A stretch of 64,000 nt of DNA, taken from contig DUON01000020.1 of assembly GCA_012838805.1 (NCBI GenBank), positions 16,593-80,592 on the forward strand, given 5' to 3'. Position 1 is the first letter of the stretch, and each line of letters begins with the position of its first letter. This DNA comes from Clostridiales bacterium (GTDB lineage: Bacteria > Bacillota > Clostridia > Christensenellales > DTU072). The position numbers were made by a program, and so were the translations under genes. The notes under the pieces were generated by a model, which saw only the letters and a program-made list of their open reading frames with translations, made no database searches and was not told the origin of the DNA. Positions 40,682-49,673 of the stretch are shown in pieces.

Positions 40682-40877
40682 AATTTCCTCCCAAAATTAT
40701 TTTACAAATTATGTCATAATTATACATCAAAAGACAAAACTCGGCAATACATAAGCTCTCTGACAAAAAAATTTCAAAAGGGGCTTAGAAATGATTATAT
40801 ATTTGTTATAACAAGAAGGAAGGCTTCTAATTTTTAATAATAAGTCTTAGTTTGGGAAGATAAAAGGAAGGTTCTTT

Positions 40878-41204
40878 ATGGTTAATTTTGCCGCTTTGAT
40901 TCACAAAAAATATAAAAAAGGCTGTTTGGATGTCCTTACTTCGGCTATAAAATTAAATATGCCTTTTGTTGATATGATTTATATACTATATTGTTTCAAT
41001 AAAGCGTTCAAGTCACCTTTTTTGGATATTATAGAATATGCTGACAAAATTAAGAAAACCAAATTCGGCGAAATTATGGAAGAACTGCTTGTGGCCAGGG
41101 ATATCGTCTTAAACAGCATGAATAAAGAAATCGCTAAGTTAGAGACTAAGATAATAGAATGGAATCAAGATATTATAAACGATCAAAAGCTTGATTTCAA
41201 TTAA
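40878..41204 (+). CDS. Hypothetical protein
   Basis: 108-aa ORF with an AGGAAGG RBS-like element. It is AT-rich and has no recognisable motif. Confidence 0.35.
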   Translation: MVNFAALIHKKYKKGCLDVLTSAIKLNMPFVDMIYILYCFNKAFKSPFLDIIEYADKIKKTKFGEIMEELLVARDIVLNSMNKEIAKLETKIIEWNQDIINDQKLDFN

Positions 41205-41223
41205 AATAAAAGCCAGTAAACAG

Positions 41224-41252
41224 TTGACAGAAAAAAAAATATATTATATTAT
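41224..41252 (+). promoter_or_regulatory. Putative promoter of the tRNA cluster
   Basis: TTGACA (41224-41229), a 17-nt spacer, then TATTAT (41247-41252), ~14 nt before the first tRNA. Confidence 0.4.
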
Positions 41253-41265
41253 AGTAAAGCATCGT

Positions 41266-41343
<78 letters not shown>

Positions 41344-41363
41344 AACTCTCAGAAAAAGCCAAT

Positions 41364-41440
41364 GGCGGCGTAGCTCAGTTGGTTAGAGCGACCGGTTCAT
41401 ACCCGGTAGGTCGTTGGTTCGAATCTGACCGCCGCTACCA
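41364..41440 (+). tRNA. Elongator tRNA-Met (CAU)
   Basis: GGCGGCGTAGCTCAGTTGGTTAGAGCG..., with the anticodon loop TTCATAC. It has a cloverleaf and an encoded CCA. Confidence 0.8.
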
Positions 41441-41450
41441 AAACCAACAC

Positions 41451-41525
41451 GGCCCCATGGTCAAGTGGTTAAGACACCGCCCTTTCACGGCGGTAACAGG
41501 AGTTCGAACCTCCTTGGGGTCACCA
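41451..41525 (+). tRNA. tRNA-Glu (UUC)
   Basis: GGCCCCATGGTCAAGTGGTTAAGACACCGCCCTTTCACGGCGG..., anticodon TTC, CCA encoded. Confidence 0.9.
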
Positions 41526-41528
41526 TAA

Positions 41529-41604
41529 GGGAGCATAGCTCAGCTGGGAGAGCGCTTGCCTTACAAGCAAGATGTCATAGGTTCGAGCCCTATTGTTCCC
41601 ACCA
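41529..41604 (+). tRNA. tRNA-Val (UAC)
   Basis: GGGAGCATAGCTCAGCTGGGAGAGCGCTTGCCTTACAAGCAAG..., anticodon TAC, CCA encoded. Confidence 0.9.
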
Positions 41605-41606
41605 AA

Positions 41607-41633
41607 GACACTATCGAGTAGTGTCTTTTTTTT
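41607..41633 (+). terminator. Intrinsic terminator of the tRNA cluster
   Basis: gacacta-tcgag-tagtgtc followed by T8. Confidence 0.8.
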
Positions 41634-41904
41634 AATCAAGAATTGAATTCATTTTCCTTTTTTCTGAAAACTTTTATAATAGGATAAAGTAATTAAGTTA
41701 TACCCTTTGATTTTTTTATGAAAAATCTTAAAAGCTTGCCGCCAAGCTTAAATACTGAAAGATTATAATAGCCTATATCGTTCACTCTCTTATTTTTTTT
41801 ATATCTTTTTTCTTTGCCTTGCAAAAAACCATATTTTGAAAAGCTATTGACCTTATAAGGCTGTCAATAGCTTTTCTACGCTTTCGCAAAACAAAAAGGG
41901 TTTT

Positions 41905-43431
41905 TTACACCTTTTTAATAATCATAGCGGGTCTTACTCCGTAATTATCGTCCATTGCCCCAGCCCCCTCAATGCCGCCATGATACCTTACGGTATCCAC
42001 TCTTCCTTGGCGGGCATAGATCTCGGCAGAACGAAGCAGATACATCCCCGTATGAATCTGCCATTCGGGATTGTCTTGCATTTCTCCCGCTCCCGTCCAT
42101 ACGCCCACCGCCTTGGCGTAGTCGCTTACATAAGCGGTTCTGCTCATGTTGTCCACAAAGCCGTAGTCTTTGTTTCTTATCTCGCCGTTAGAGAGCAAGA
42201 CCACCTTGTCTCTGGTTGAGACTGTCTGGCGTTCGGCTAGCCAATAATGCGTAGTGTATTCGTGCTTTTTTATAAATGCGGACAGTCCGTCCTCAAACGC
42301 TCTTGCCAAGAATTCGCCATTAAGCCATTCTCTTATAAGGCTGTTTTCCCAATTGTTGTCCTCTCCAAAATAGCTCTTGTCAAGTATCATATCCGAAACC
42401 ACAAAATATCCGTCGTCGTCTTCTTCAAGGATTATCCATTTTATCTTTTCAACCTTAAAGAAATACTCCCTGCCATATTGTATCTCCTCTCCGCTTGCGA
42501 AAAGGCTTCCCGTACTGCCCATGGTATTTCTTGGTTGTGCCATTTGTTTGACATACCTTTCGCCCTCATACACATAATACCCTTGGTTGTTGGGCTCAGA
42601 GGGCATTTTTGAGGCTATCTCCTCGCTTGCCACAGTTTGGGGATAATATCCCAAATAAAAGCTTGTGTCGTCAATCATCTCAATAAGCTCAGATGCCTCC
42701 AGCCATTTGGCATAGAGGGTGGTATTTTTTTCAAAGACCGCCTTGCCCTCGTCGTTATAGAGCTTTTCTCCGTCGGGAGAGAGCGCCCAGCCATAAAATA
42801 TATGTCCGCTTTTGGAAAAAACGCTCTCTTTGAGCTTAAACTCAAGCCCCTTGCCTGCGGTTTGGCTGGACATCGTCCCTTGTCCGCCGTTAGCATTAAA
42901 AGAAATGGATATGGTTTCAATCCAAACCGCATAAAGCGTATAAGAGGCGTCCGTTCCCATAGTGTATTCATCGCCGTCTAAATAGACCACATCTCCGTCT
43001 TTTTCCTCCGCCCAGCCCGCAAAAGCATAGCCTTCTTTTTCAAAATTATTTGGGATAAGGTTTGCCTTTTCTCCCGTGGGGATTTCCATATCTTCCATTT
43101 GCCCTTGCCCGCCGTTTGGGTCAAAAGTCAAGGTATTTATATTCTTGGCCCACTTGGCAAAAAGTTCAACTTTCTTTCTGCCCATGGAAAGAATATTCTC
43201 CAAATTCACCCACTGTTCATAGTCATTATCCAAAAACCAGCCTTCAAAAGAATATCCCGCTTTCTTAGGTGTGGGCAAATCCAAGGACTTGGCTTTTTCG
43301 TCTATTTGTATATTTTCAACAGCTTCTCCGCCGTTTGTGTTAAACATAAGCTCAATGGTGTTCTTTTCACAAGCCGCCATTACTAAAAGTACAAAAACAA
43401 TTAAAACAAAAGCTCTCAAAACCTTTTTCAT
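41905..43431 (-). CDS. Lipoprotein with three InlB B-repeat units and a C-terminal domain ending ..GVRPAMIIKKV (DUF6273-like)
   Basis: 508 aa with the lipobox LLVMAAC. The repeats are GYSFEGWFLD, GYAFAGWAEE and GHIFYGWALS. Confidence 0.7.
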   Translation of the reverse strand: MKKVLRAFVLIVFVLLVMAACEKNTIELMFNTNGGEAVENIQIDEKAKSLDLPTPKKAGYSFEGWFLDNDYEQWVNLENILSMGRKKVELFAKWAKNINTLTFDPNGGQGQMEDMEIPTGEKANLIPNNFEKEGYAFAGWAEEKDGDVVYLDGDEYTMGTDASYTLYAVWIETISISFNANGGQGTMSSQTAGKGLEFKLKESVFSKSGHIFYGWALSPDGEKLYNDEGKAVFEKNTTLYAKWLEASELIEMIDDTSFYLGYYPQTVASEEIASKMPSEPNNQGYYVYEGERYVKQMAQPRNTMGSTGSLFASGEEIQYGREYFFKVEKIKWIILEEDDDGYFVVSDMILDKSYFGEDNNWENSLIREWLNGEFLARAFEDGLSAFIKKHEYTTHYWLAERQTVSTRDKVVLLSNGEIRNKDYGFVDNMSRTAYVSDYAKAVGVWTGAGEMQDNPEWQIHTGMYLLRSAEIYARQGRVDTVRYHGGIEGAGAMDDNYGVRPAMIIKKV

Positions 43432-43566
43432 TTCTCCTTCCTAATCGTTTGGTCCTTATTTTATTGTCTTTTGGGAAATTCATATCCCATTATTTCGCCA
43501 CCCCTTCAACAAAAGCTCTGAAAGGGCTTTTTTTATCTTTTATATACAGTTAGATTATAGTTTAGG

Positions 43567-44994
43567 CTACCATTCATAGCTTTTTAAAAGCTCTGCGTCC
43601 CATCCTTCTTTCCAGCCCTTGGGCTTTTGGGTATGGTCAATCGTTAAAGAAAGGCTTTTACAGTTATAAAAAGCTCCCTTGTCTATCGTGGTTACGGTCT
43701 TAGCTATCTTTAGGCTTTTAAGTTTTTGACAGTCCCTAAAGGCGTACACCCCTATTCTTTGTAACTGTGCTGGAAGTCTTATTTCTTGCAAGTTAAAGCA
43801 CTTATCAAAGGTCCAGTTATCAATCTGTTCAATGCCGTCGGGCAGATAGATTTGTTGAAGTTTCTCACATCTCTCAAACGCCGCCCAGCCTATTTTGCTC
43901 AAAGAGCTTATGGAACTTATGTATATTTGCGAAATCTTTGTACATTCCATAAAGGCGCGGTCTTCTATAGTCTTCAAAGAGTCCGGAAAATTTGCTTTTT
44001 CAAGGCTAACGCATCCTACAAAAGCTTCGGATCTTATGGTCTTAATTCCTTTGTTGAATATGACCTCTCTTATTCTCTCAGCCCTATAAAAAGCGCGGTT
44101 TTCTATCGTTTGAACGGACTTCAGGGTTATTTTCTTTAGTCCGGTATTTTGGAAAAACGCCTTTTCGCCAATTATCTTGACCGAATCGGGGAGGGTGAAC
44201 TCTCCCATTGGATGACCTTCAGCTTGAATCTTCCCTTTTGGATAATATACAATCTCTTTCATATCCTTGGTGTATACTATTCCGTCCTTCGAAGTGAAGA
44301 GTTCGTTTTCGGGATGCACTTCCACAGCCTCTAAGTTTGGAACTTCCGCAAACCATTCGGGGTCTATTCTGTAATATTTTTTTGGAAAACTGACTTTTAC
44401 CAGCTTTTTTAAGCCTCTGAAGGTCTCATGGTCTATATACTCATTTTCTTTGATGTCTATTTGGATTATGTTCTTGTCGTCAATACTGAGTTTTTGACTT
44501 CCTTGAGGCGGATATCCTATCCCGCCATACGGGTCAGTCCAGCCGTCAATTAGTCTTGAAAAATAAAGCTTTCCGAATCTTCTGGTAAAATATACGGGAA
44601 AGGACACGGATATTGCTTCAGGCATTGCGGGTTTTTTATACCATATAACCAGCCTATCGCAAATCTCTTTTTTATTATACCATAGAATATGTGTCTCCAC
44701 TCTTTGGGAGTGGTCCATGGCATCGTTTTTTCTTTCCTCAAATATATTATAGTTTTCTTGGATAAAATTCTTATACTCTTTTGAATTCTTTCTATAATAA
44801 AGCGCAGCCAATTTTTGGATATCCCGCTCTTGATAGGCTTTCACATACGCTTCAGCTAATTTATTTTTATCTTCATGCCCGCTGTTCATCGTAAAAGATA
44901 CCACAAGATTAAAGTATGCGACTAAATAAAAGAACATAACGATCACGATGCTCAGCTTATGGCTTAATTTTCTAGGTTCAACAATTCTACTCAT
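43567..44994 (-). CDS. Membrane-anchored leucine-rich repeat protein (BspA/LRR_5 type)
   Basis: 475 aa with an N-terminal TM. The C-terminal half is made of ~23-aa LRR_5 units (IGEKAFFQNTGLKKITL, IENRAFYRAERIREVIF, IRSEAFVGCVSLEKANF and others). Confidence 0.75.
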   Translation of the reverse strand: MSRIVEPRKLSHKLSIVIVMFFYLVAYFNLVVSFTMNSGHEDKNKLAEAYVKAYQERDIQKLAALYYRKNSKEYKNFIQENYNIFEERKNDAMDHSQRVETHILWYNKKEICDRLVIWYKKPAMPEAISVSFPVYFTRRFGKLYFSRLIDGWTDPYGGIGYPPQGSQKLSIDDKNIIQIDIKENEYIDHETFRGLKKLVKVSFPKKYYRIDPEWFAEVPNLEAVEVHPENELFTSKDGIVYTKDMKEIVYYPKGKIQAEGHPMGEFTLPDSVKIIGEKAFFQNTGLKKITLKSVQTIENRAFYRAERIREVIFNKGIKTIRSEAFVGCVSLEKANFPDSLKTIEDRAFMECTKISQIYISSISSLSKIGWAAFERCEKLQQIYLPDGIEQIDNWTFDKCFNLQEIRLPAQLQRIGVYAFRDCQKLKSLKIAKTVTTIDKGAFYNCKSLSLTIDHTQKPKGWKEGWDAELLKSYEW

Positions 44995-45052
44995 AACAAA
45001 ATGATATTATTAATATAATAATTTGTCAAGGGCGGCACCTTACCAATACAAT

Positions 45053-45084
45053 AAAAAAACCTCTTTTTGTAAGAGGTTTTTTTT
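45053..45084 (-). terminator. Intrinsic terminator after rpsI
   Basis: aaaaaa-acctctt-tttgt-aagaggt-ttttttt, a symmetrical arrangement. Confidence 0.75.
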
Positions 45085-45085
45085 G

Positions 45086-45502
45086 TTATCTCTTTGAGAA
45101 CTGAGGCGCTCTTCTTGCCTTGTGCAGTCCATATTTCTTTCTTTCTTTCATCCTCGGGTCTCGAGTTAAGAAGCCGGCTTGTTTCAAAACGGGTCTTAGG
45201 TCCTCTTCCGCCTCACAAAGCGCTCTTGCTATTCCGTGCCTTATCGCTCCCGCTTGACCCGTGAATCCGCCGCCCTTTACATTCACCGCTACATCATATT
45301 TAGAGGTCGTGTTGGTGAGCTCAAGGGGCTGTTTTACTATATAAATAAGCGTCTCCAACGGGAAGTACTCTTCCAGCTTTCTTTTATTGATCATTATTTG
45401 TCCCTCTCCGTTGGGGATAATTCTAACTCTGGCTATCGCCTTTTTTCTTCTGCCCGTTCCCCAGAACTGGATTTTCTTTTTTAGAACTTTTTTAGCTGCC
45501 AT
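45086..45502 (-). CDS. rpsI: 30S ribosomal protein S9
   Basis: 138 aa, with [12 protein letters not shown]...[19 protein letters not shown]...RAPQFSKR. Confidence 0.95.
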   Translation of the reverse strand: MAAKKVLKKKIQFWGTGRRKKAIARVRIIPNGEGQIMINKRKLEEYFPLETLIYIVKQPLELTNTTSKYDVAVNVKGGGFTGQAGAIRHGIARALCEAEEDLRPVLKQAGFLTRDPRMKERKKYGLHKARRAPQFSKR

Positions 45503-45510
45503 AAGTCCTC

Positions 45511-45945
45511 CTAATATTTAAAACTGAGCGGAGCGGGCTGCTGCGCCTGCTGATTATGCTCACTTCCTCTGTAAGTAAAAAGCTTCTTTATCATCTTTCT
45601 TCCCAAAGAATTCTTAGGTAGCATGCCTTTTACCGCTTTATGAACGACAAATTCGGGTTTTGTCTGCATAAGTTTATCGTATCTGACTTCTTTAAGCCCT
45701 CCGGGATATCCGGTATAACGCTTATAAAATTTCTTTTCGACTTTCTTTCCCGTGAGAACTACTTTTTCGCAGTTGATGACAATCACATAGTCGCCGGTAT
45801 CTATATGCGGGGTATATTCGGGTTTATTCTTGCCTCTCAAAATTGAAGCGACCTGTGAGGCAAGTCTGCCAAGCGGCATACCTTCAGCATCCACGACATA
45901 CCAATTCTTTTTAAGCTCTGCGGGTTTTGCCATATATGTCTTCAT
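45511..45945 (-). CDS. rplM: 50S ribosomal protein L13
   Basis: 144 aa, with [36 protein letters not shown]. Confidence 0.95.
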   Translation of the reverse strand: MKTYMAKPAELKKNWYVVDAEGMPLGRLASQVASILRGKNKPEYTPHIDTGDYVIVINCEKVVLTGKKVEKKFYKRYTGYPGGLKEVRYDKLMQTKPEFVVHKAVKGMLPKNSLGRKMIKKLFTYRGSEHNQQAQQPAPLSFKY

Positions 45946-46021
45946 GGTTTTACCTCCGTTTTTTCTTATAAGGCGTTCTTGATGACGGGGCTTGCACCAA
46001 AAATCCCTCTTTAGCCTAATA

Positions 46022-46050
46022 ATGATATTATATTAAGCTCCCGTTGTCAA
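46022..46050 (-). promoter_or_regulatory. Putative rplM-rpsI promoter
   Basis: On the minus strand, TTGACA (46050-46045), a 17-nt spacer, then TATCAT (46027-46022). The leader to the rplM ATG is ~70 nt. Confidence 0.4.
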
Positions 46051-46114
46051 ACACTTTTATTAGTTTTTTTATTTTTTATAATTATTTTCTTGTCTTTTCA
46101 CCCTCTTTTTTATG

Positions 46115-46143
46115 TTGAAAAAAGACTTTTCCTGTGGTATAAT
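46115..46143 (+). promoter_or_regulatory. Near-consensus extended -10 promoter immediately upstream of the dnaA ATG
   Basis: TTGAAA (46115-46120), a 17-nt spacer, then TGgTATAAT (46135-46143). The ATG at 46151 begins 8 nt after the -10 element. Confidence 0.6.
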
Positions 46144-46150
46144 TTCAAAT

Positions 46151-47536
46151 ATGATTGATTTACAAGATATATGGCAGGACGCTTTGATCGAACTTGTCAA
46201 AAATCCGTCCATAAACGCCGTTGCATATTCTATATGGATAGAAAACTTAAAACCCGTATGTTTGAAAAACAACGCTTTGGTTTTGCTGGCTCCTTCCCAA
46301 AACGCCAAGGACACCGTTAACAAATCCTTTTTTTCATATATTGAGGACAGCGTTAAGAGAGTAAGACCTACCATATCCAACATAGATGTTATCACAAATG
46401 AAGAGCTTGCGCTTATCTCCAAAGACAGCGATTTCACACATGGGGACGAATTTGTGGTCTCTTCCAACAAAAAGACCGCCGTGGATTCGCCGTTTATTGC
46501 ACGATATACTTTTGATAATTTTGTGGTTGGAGAGTCCAACAAGCTTGCCTTTTATGCAGCAAAATCAGTCGCTGAAAAGCCGGGTTCAAGCGACGGCTAT
46601 CTGAACTTAAATCCGCTTTTTATCTATGGGGGCGTGGGTCTGGGAAAGACTCACCTTCTACACTCTATCGGAAACTACATATCCAAGAAATTCCCTTCCT
46701 TAAAGATTGTATACATGCCTACCGAGAACCTTGCAAATGAATATTTTGCGGCATTAGAAAAAACCTCTTCTGACAAAAACGCCTACCGCAACTTTATTGA
46801 CAAATACAATTCGGTAGATGTGTTGATGTTTGATGATGTGCAGTTCTTAAAGAAAAAAATAGGACTTCAAGACGCGATATTCCATATATTTAATTCCCTT
46901 TACCAAAGCGGTAAGCAAATTATTCTTTCTTCAGATAGACCTCCAAAGGAAATAGAAACGATAGAGGACAGGCTTTGCTCCAGGTTTGAGGGCGGACTTT
47001 TGGCGGATATCGGCATACCCAACTTAGATATGAGAGTGGCCATCATAAGAAAAAAAATGATGATGGAAAAGGTGGCGGTAAGCGATGATGTGGTTTACTT
47101 TCTTGCCGAGAAAATAGATACCAATATTAGGGAGCTTGAGGGCGCGCTGTTGAAAGTTATCCTATACGCCCAGCTTATAAACAAGCCGTGTCCGGACATC
47201 CAAACCGCAAAAGAGGCGTTGAGGGTATCTGACGCTCCCAAAAAAGAAGAGATTGATTCCAATGATATCGTAAACGCTGTATGTACTTATTTTAGAATAA
47301 ACAAAAGCGATATCCTCTCCAAAAAAAAGACAAAAGATATCGCTCATGCAAGAATGGTGGCTATATATTTAGTGTGCGACCTTTTGAGCATACCTTTGGT
47401 CAGTATCGGGCAGATATTCGGCGGACGCGACCATACCACGATTATTCACTCCCGCGACAAGATACTTTCCTCCCTAAAAACCGACCAAAGACTTGCTCTG
47501 CAAATAAAAGACATAAGAAGTCTTCTCAATGTGTAA
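46151..47536 (+). CDS. dnaA: Chromosomal replication initiator DnaA
   Basis: The start is set at 46151 (MIDLQDIWQDALIELVKN, a typical DnaA N-terminus). The AAA+ Walker A is GGVGLGKTHLL, Walker B is LMFDDVQF and the domain IV HTH is DHTTIIHSRDKI. Confidence 0.9.
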   Translation: MIDLQDIWQDALIELVKNPSINAVAYSIWIENLKPVCLKNNALVLLAPSQNAKDTVNKSFFSYIEDSVKRVRPTISNIDVITNEELALISKDSDFTHGDEFVVSSNKKTAVDSPFIARYTFDNFVVGESNKLAFYAAKSVAEKPGSSDGYLNLNPLFIYGGVGLGKTHLLHSIGNYISKKFPSLKIVYMPTENLANEYFAALEKTSSDKNAYRNFIDKYNSVDVLMFDDVQFLKKKIGLQDAIFHIFNSLYQSGKQIILSSDRPPKEIETIEDRLCSRFEGGLLADIGIPNLDMRVAIIRKKMMMEKVAVSDDVVYFLAEKIDTNIRELEGALLKVILYAQLINKPCPDIQTAKEALRVSDAPKKEEIDSNDIVNAVCTYFRINKSDILSKKKTKDIAHARMVAIYLVCDLLSIPLVSIGQIFGGRDHTTIIHSRDKILSSLKTDQRLALQIKDIRSLLNV

Positions 47537-47738
47537 ACTTAAAATGTGGATATGTGGACAACCTAAGCTGAACTTATCAACAACTTATCAACACAAACCA
47601 AGCCTTTTTTTGTTTGTTTATTAACCTTTTATTCACTTTATCGGCTGGTTTTAGGGTCTATCCACATTTCAACACACCTAATAGTAATAGTAATCGGTAA
47701 AATTAAAATAAAAAACAATACAATAAGGAGAAAAAACG
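47537..47738. other. oriC: DnaA-box cluster, DnaA-trio run and AT-rich unwinding tract in the dnaA-dnaN spacer
   Basis: Five 8/9 matches to TTATCCACA lie at 47545-53, 47553-61, 47574-82, 47585-93 and 47658-66. TAATAGTAATAGTAA sits at 47679-47693. An A/T-rich tract runs from there to the dnaN RBS. Confidence 0.75.
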
Positions 47739-48845
47739 ATGAAATTCACTTGTGACGGAAAGAATTTATCAAGCGCGGTAAATCTTGTCAGTAGAGTATT
47801 GTCCGTAAAAAGCAATATCCCCGTACTTGACGGCATAAAAATAAAAGCCCAAGAAAATACAGTGACCTTTTCGGTCTATAATCAAGAGATATATATCGAA
47901 AAGAGTATCCCAGCCCAAGTTCTTTTGGAAGGGGAGCTTATCGTCGAGGGAAGGCTCTTCAATGACTATACCAGTAAAATTCACACCAAGGAAGATGTGG
48001 AGATAGAAAAAGCGGATGAAAACAAGATAAGCATCAGATTCGGTTATTCGGAATTTAAGCTTCAATGCTACGACAAGGAAAACTTTCCCGACTTAGGCAA
48101 GTACCAAATGGAGAATTATTTTGAAATAAAGGAAAAGGACCTCAAAGAGCTTATTGATAGAGCTATATTCTGTGTGTCCTTGAATAACAATAGGGTTATG
48201 CTCAAAAGCTGCAGCTTTACCGTAACCGATAACGAAGTCGAAGTGGTGTGTTTGGACGGCTTTAGGATAGCGGTCAGCAAGAAAAAGACCTTAAGTCAGA
48301 CAGGCGAAATGAAATTTATTATCTATGGCAAAATAGTTATGGATATATTAAAGACCTTGGAAGATAGCGACGCCATAGTAAAAGTAGGCAAGGAAGGAAA
48401 TATGGTGCTTTTTGACAAAGTCCACACCAAAATAAAAGTCAACACCGTGGATGGTGAATTTTATAATTATAGGCTAAACCTTCCCGAGGACATCAAGAAT
48501 GAAATTGTGGTCAAAAAAGAAGAGCTTGAAGAATGTCTGGAAAGGGCGGCTGTTATATGCAGGGATATAGCTTATAGCAAAATAATAGTATCCGTGGAAG
48601 AAGGCTTGATTAGAATAAACACCGAAAGCGAAAAAGGCGTAATCAGTGAAAACATAGCCTGCCACAACAAAGGAGACGACATCAAGATAGGGCTTAACTG
48701 CCGCTTTATGCAAGAGGCGGTTTCCAAGATAAAAGAGGACTTCTTGAAGATAATAATAGAAAGACCCGCAAAACCCATATTGATAAGACAACTGGACGAA
48801 GACGAATATAAATGTATAGTATTGCCCTTAAGGCTTATTGGATAG
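47739..48845 (+). CDS. dnaN: DNA polymerase III beta sliding clamp
   Basis: 368 aa. MKFTCDGKNLSSAVNLVSRVLS...PVLDGIKI matches DnaN, as do the position after dnaA and the C-terminus CIVLPLRL. Confidence 0.9.
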   Translation: MKFTCDGKNLSSAVNLVSRVLSVKSNIPVLDGIKIKAQENTVTFSVYNQEIYIEKSIPAQVLLEGELIVEGRLFNDYTSKIHTKEDVEIEKADENKISIRFGYSEFKLQCYDKENFPDLGKYQMENYFEIKEKDLKELIDRAIFCVSLNNNRVMLKSCSFTVTDNEVEVVCLDGFRIAVSKKKTLSQTGEMKFIIYGKIVMDILKTLEDSDAIVKVGKEGNMVLFDKVHTKIKVNTVDGEFYNYRLNLPEDIKNEIVVKKEELEECLERAAVICRDIAYSKIIVSVEEGLIRINTESEKGVISENIACHNKGDDIKIGLNCRFMQEAVSKIKEDFLKIIIERPAKPILIRQLDEDEYKCIVLPLRLIG

Positions 48846-48853
48846 GAGGAGTT

Positions 48854-49669
48854 ATGCAAATAAGAGAATTGGAGAAAAAAGCCGACCAAATCAGAAAAAT
48901 GGTTGTGGAAATGATTGGCAGGCTGGGCGTGGGGCATGTAGGCGGAGCGCTTTCCGCTGTGGACCTTGTGACCGCCCTATATTATAAGGAAATGAAAATC
49001 GATCCCAAAAACCCAAAATGGAAAGAAAGGGATAGGTTTGTTATGTCCAAAGGCCACGCCGGACCTGCCCTGTACGCGGTATTGGCGGACAAAGGCTATT
49101 TTGACAAAGAGCATTTGAAGACGCTGAACTTGCCCAATACCATTCTACCCTCCCATTGCGATATGAACAAGACCCCTGGAGTGGATATGACAGCTGGTTC
49201 TTTGGGACAGGGCTTAAGCTGCGCTGTAGGCATGGCGCTTGCCGCAAGGTTAGATAATCTGGATTATTATGTATATGCCCTGATTGGCGACGGTGAAAGC
49301 CAGGAAGGACAGATATATGAAGCGCTTATGTTCGCCGCCCACAAGAGGCTTAACAATCTGATTGTATTTATTGACAATAACAGAATGCAGATTGACGGCT
49401 ATACCGACGACATCAATAAAATAGAGCCCATTGACAAAAAAGCCGATGCGTTTGGATATTTTACTCAAAGAGTGAACGGACATGATATACAGCAGATTTT
49501 AGACGCCATAAAAAAGGCAAAAGCTCAAACGGAAAAACCGTCTTTTATAGTTTTGGACACCATAAAAGGCTATAAGTTCAAATTGGCGGAGGAAAAAGGA
49601 CCGGCTTGCCACAACATGTCCATAGACGAAACCGATTGGCGGGAATATGCGTGTTGTAAGGAGGAATAA
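48854..49669 (+). CDS. Transketolase, N-terminal (TPP-binding) subunit
   Basis: The start is set at the ATG at 48854 with a GGAGG RBS. It shows GHVGGALS, SKGHAGPALYAVL and GDGESQEGQIYEA. Confidence 0.9.
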   Translation: MQIRELEKKADQIRKMVVEMIGRLGVGHVGGALSAVDLVTALYYKEMKIDPKNPKWKERDRFVMSKGHAGPALYAVLADKGYFDKEHLKTLNLPNTILPSHCDMNKTPGVDMTAGSLGQGLSCAVGMALAARLDNLDYYVYALIGDGESQEGQIYEALMFAAHKRLNNLIVFIDNNRMQIDGYTDDINKIEPIDKKADAFGYFTQRVNGHDIQQILDAIKKAKAQTEKPSFIVLDTIKGYKFKLAEEKGPACHNMSIDETDWREYACCKEE

Positions 49670-49673
49670 AAAA

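Noticed and set aside
41604-45000. Integrated mobile element next to the tRNA-Val gene
   Set aside because: There is no integrase, recombinase or transposase ORF, and I found no direct repeat of the tRNA 3' end by eye. The genes are adhesin-like chromosomal genes.
46112-46150. Upstream ATG (46112) as the dnaA start, as given in the ORF track
   Set aside because: The 13 extra codons contain the -35 and -10 elements of a consensus promoter, have no RBS and do not match DnaA N-termini. The ATG at 46151 is preferred, but this remains an inference.
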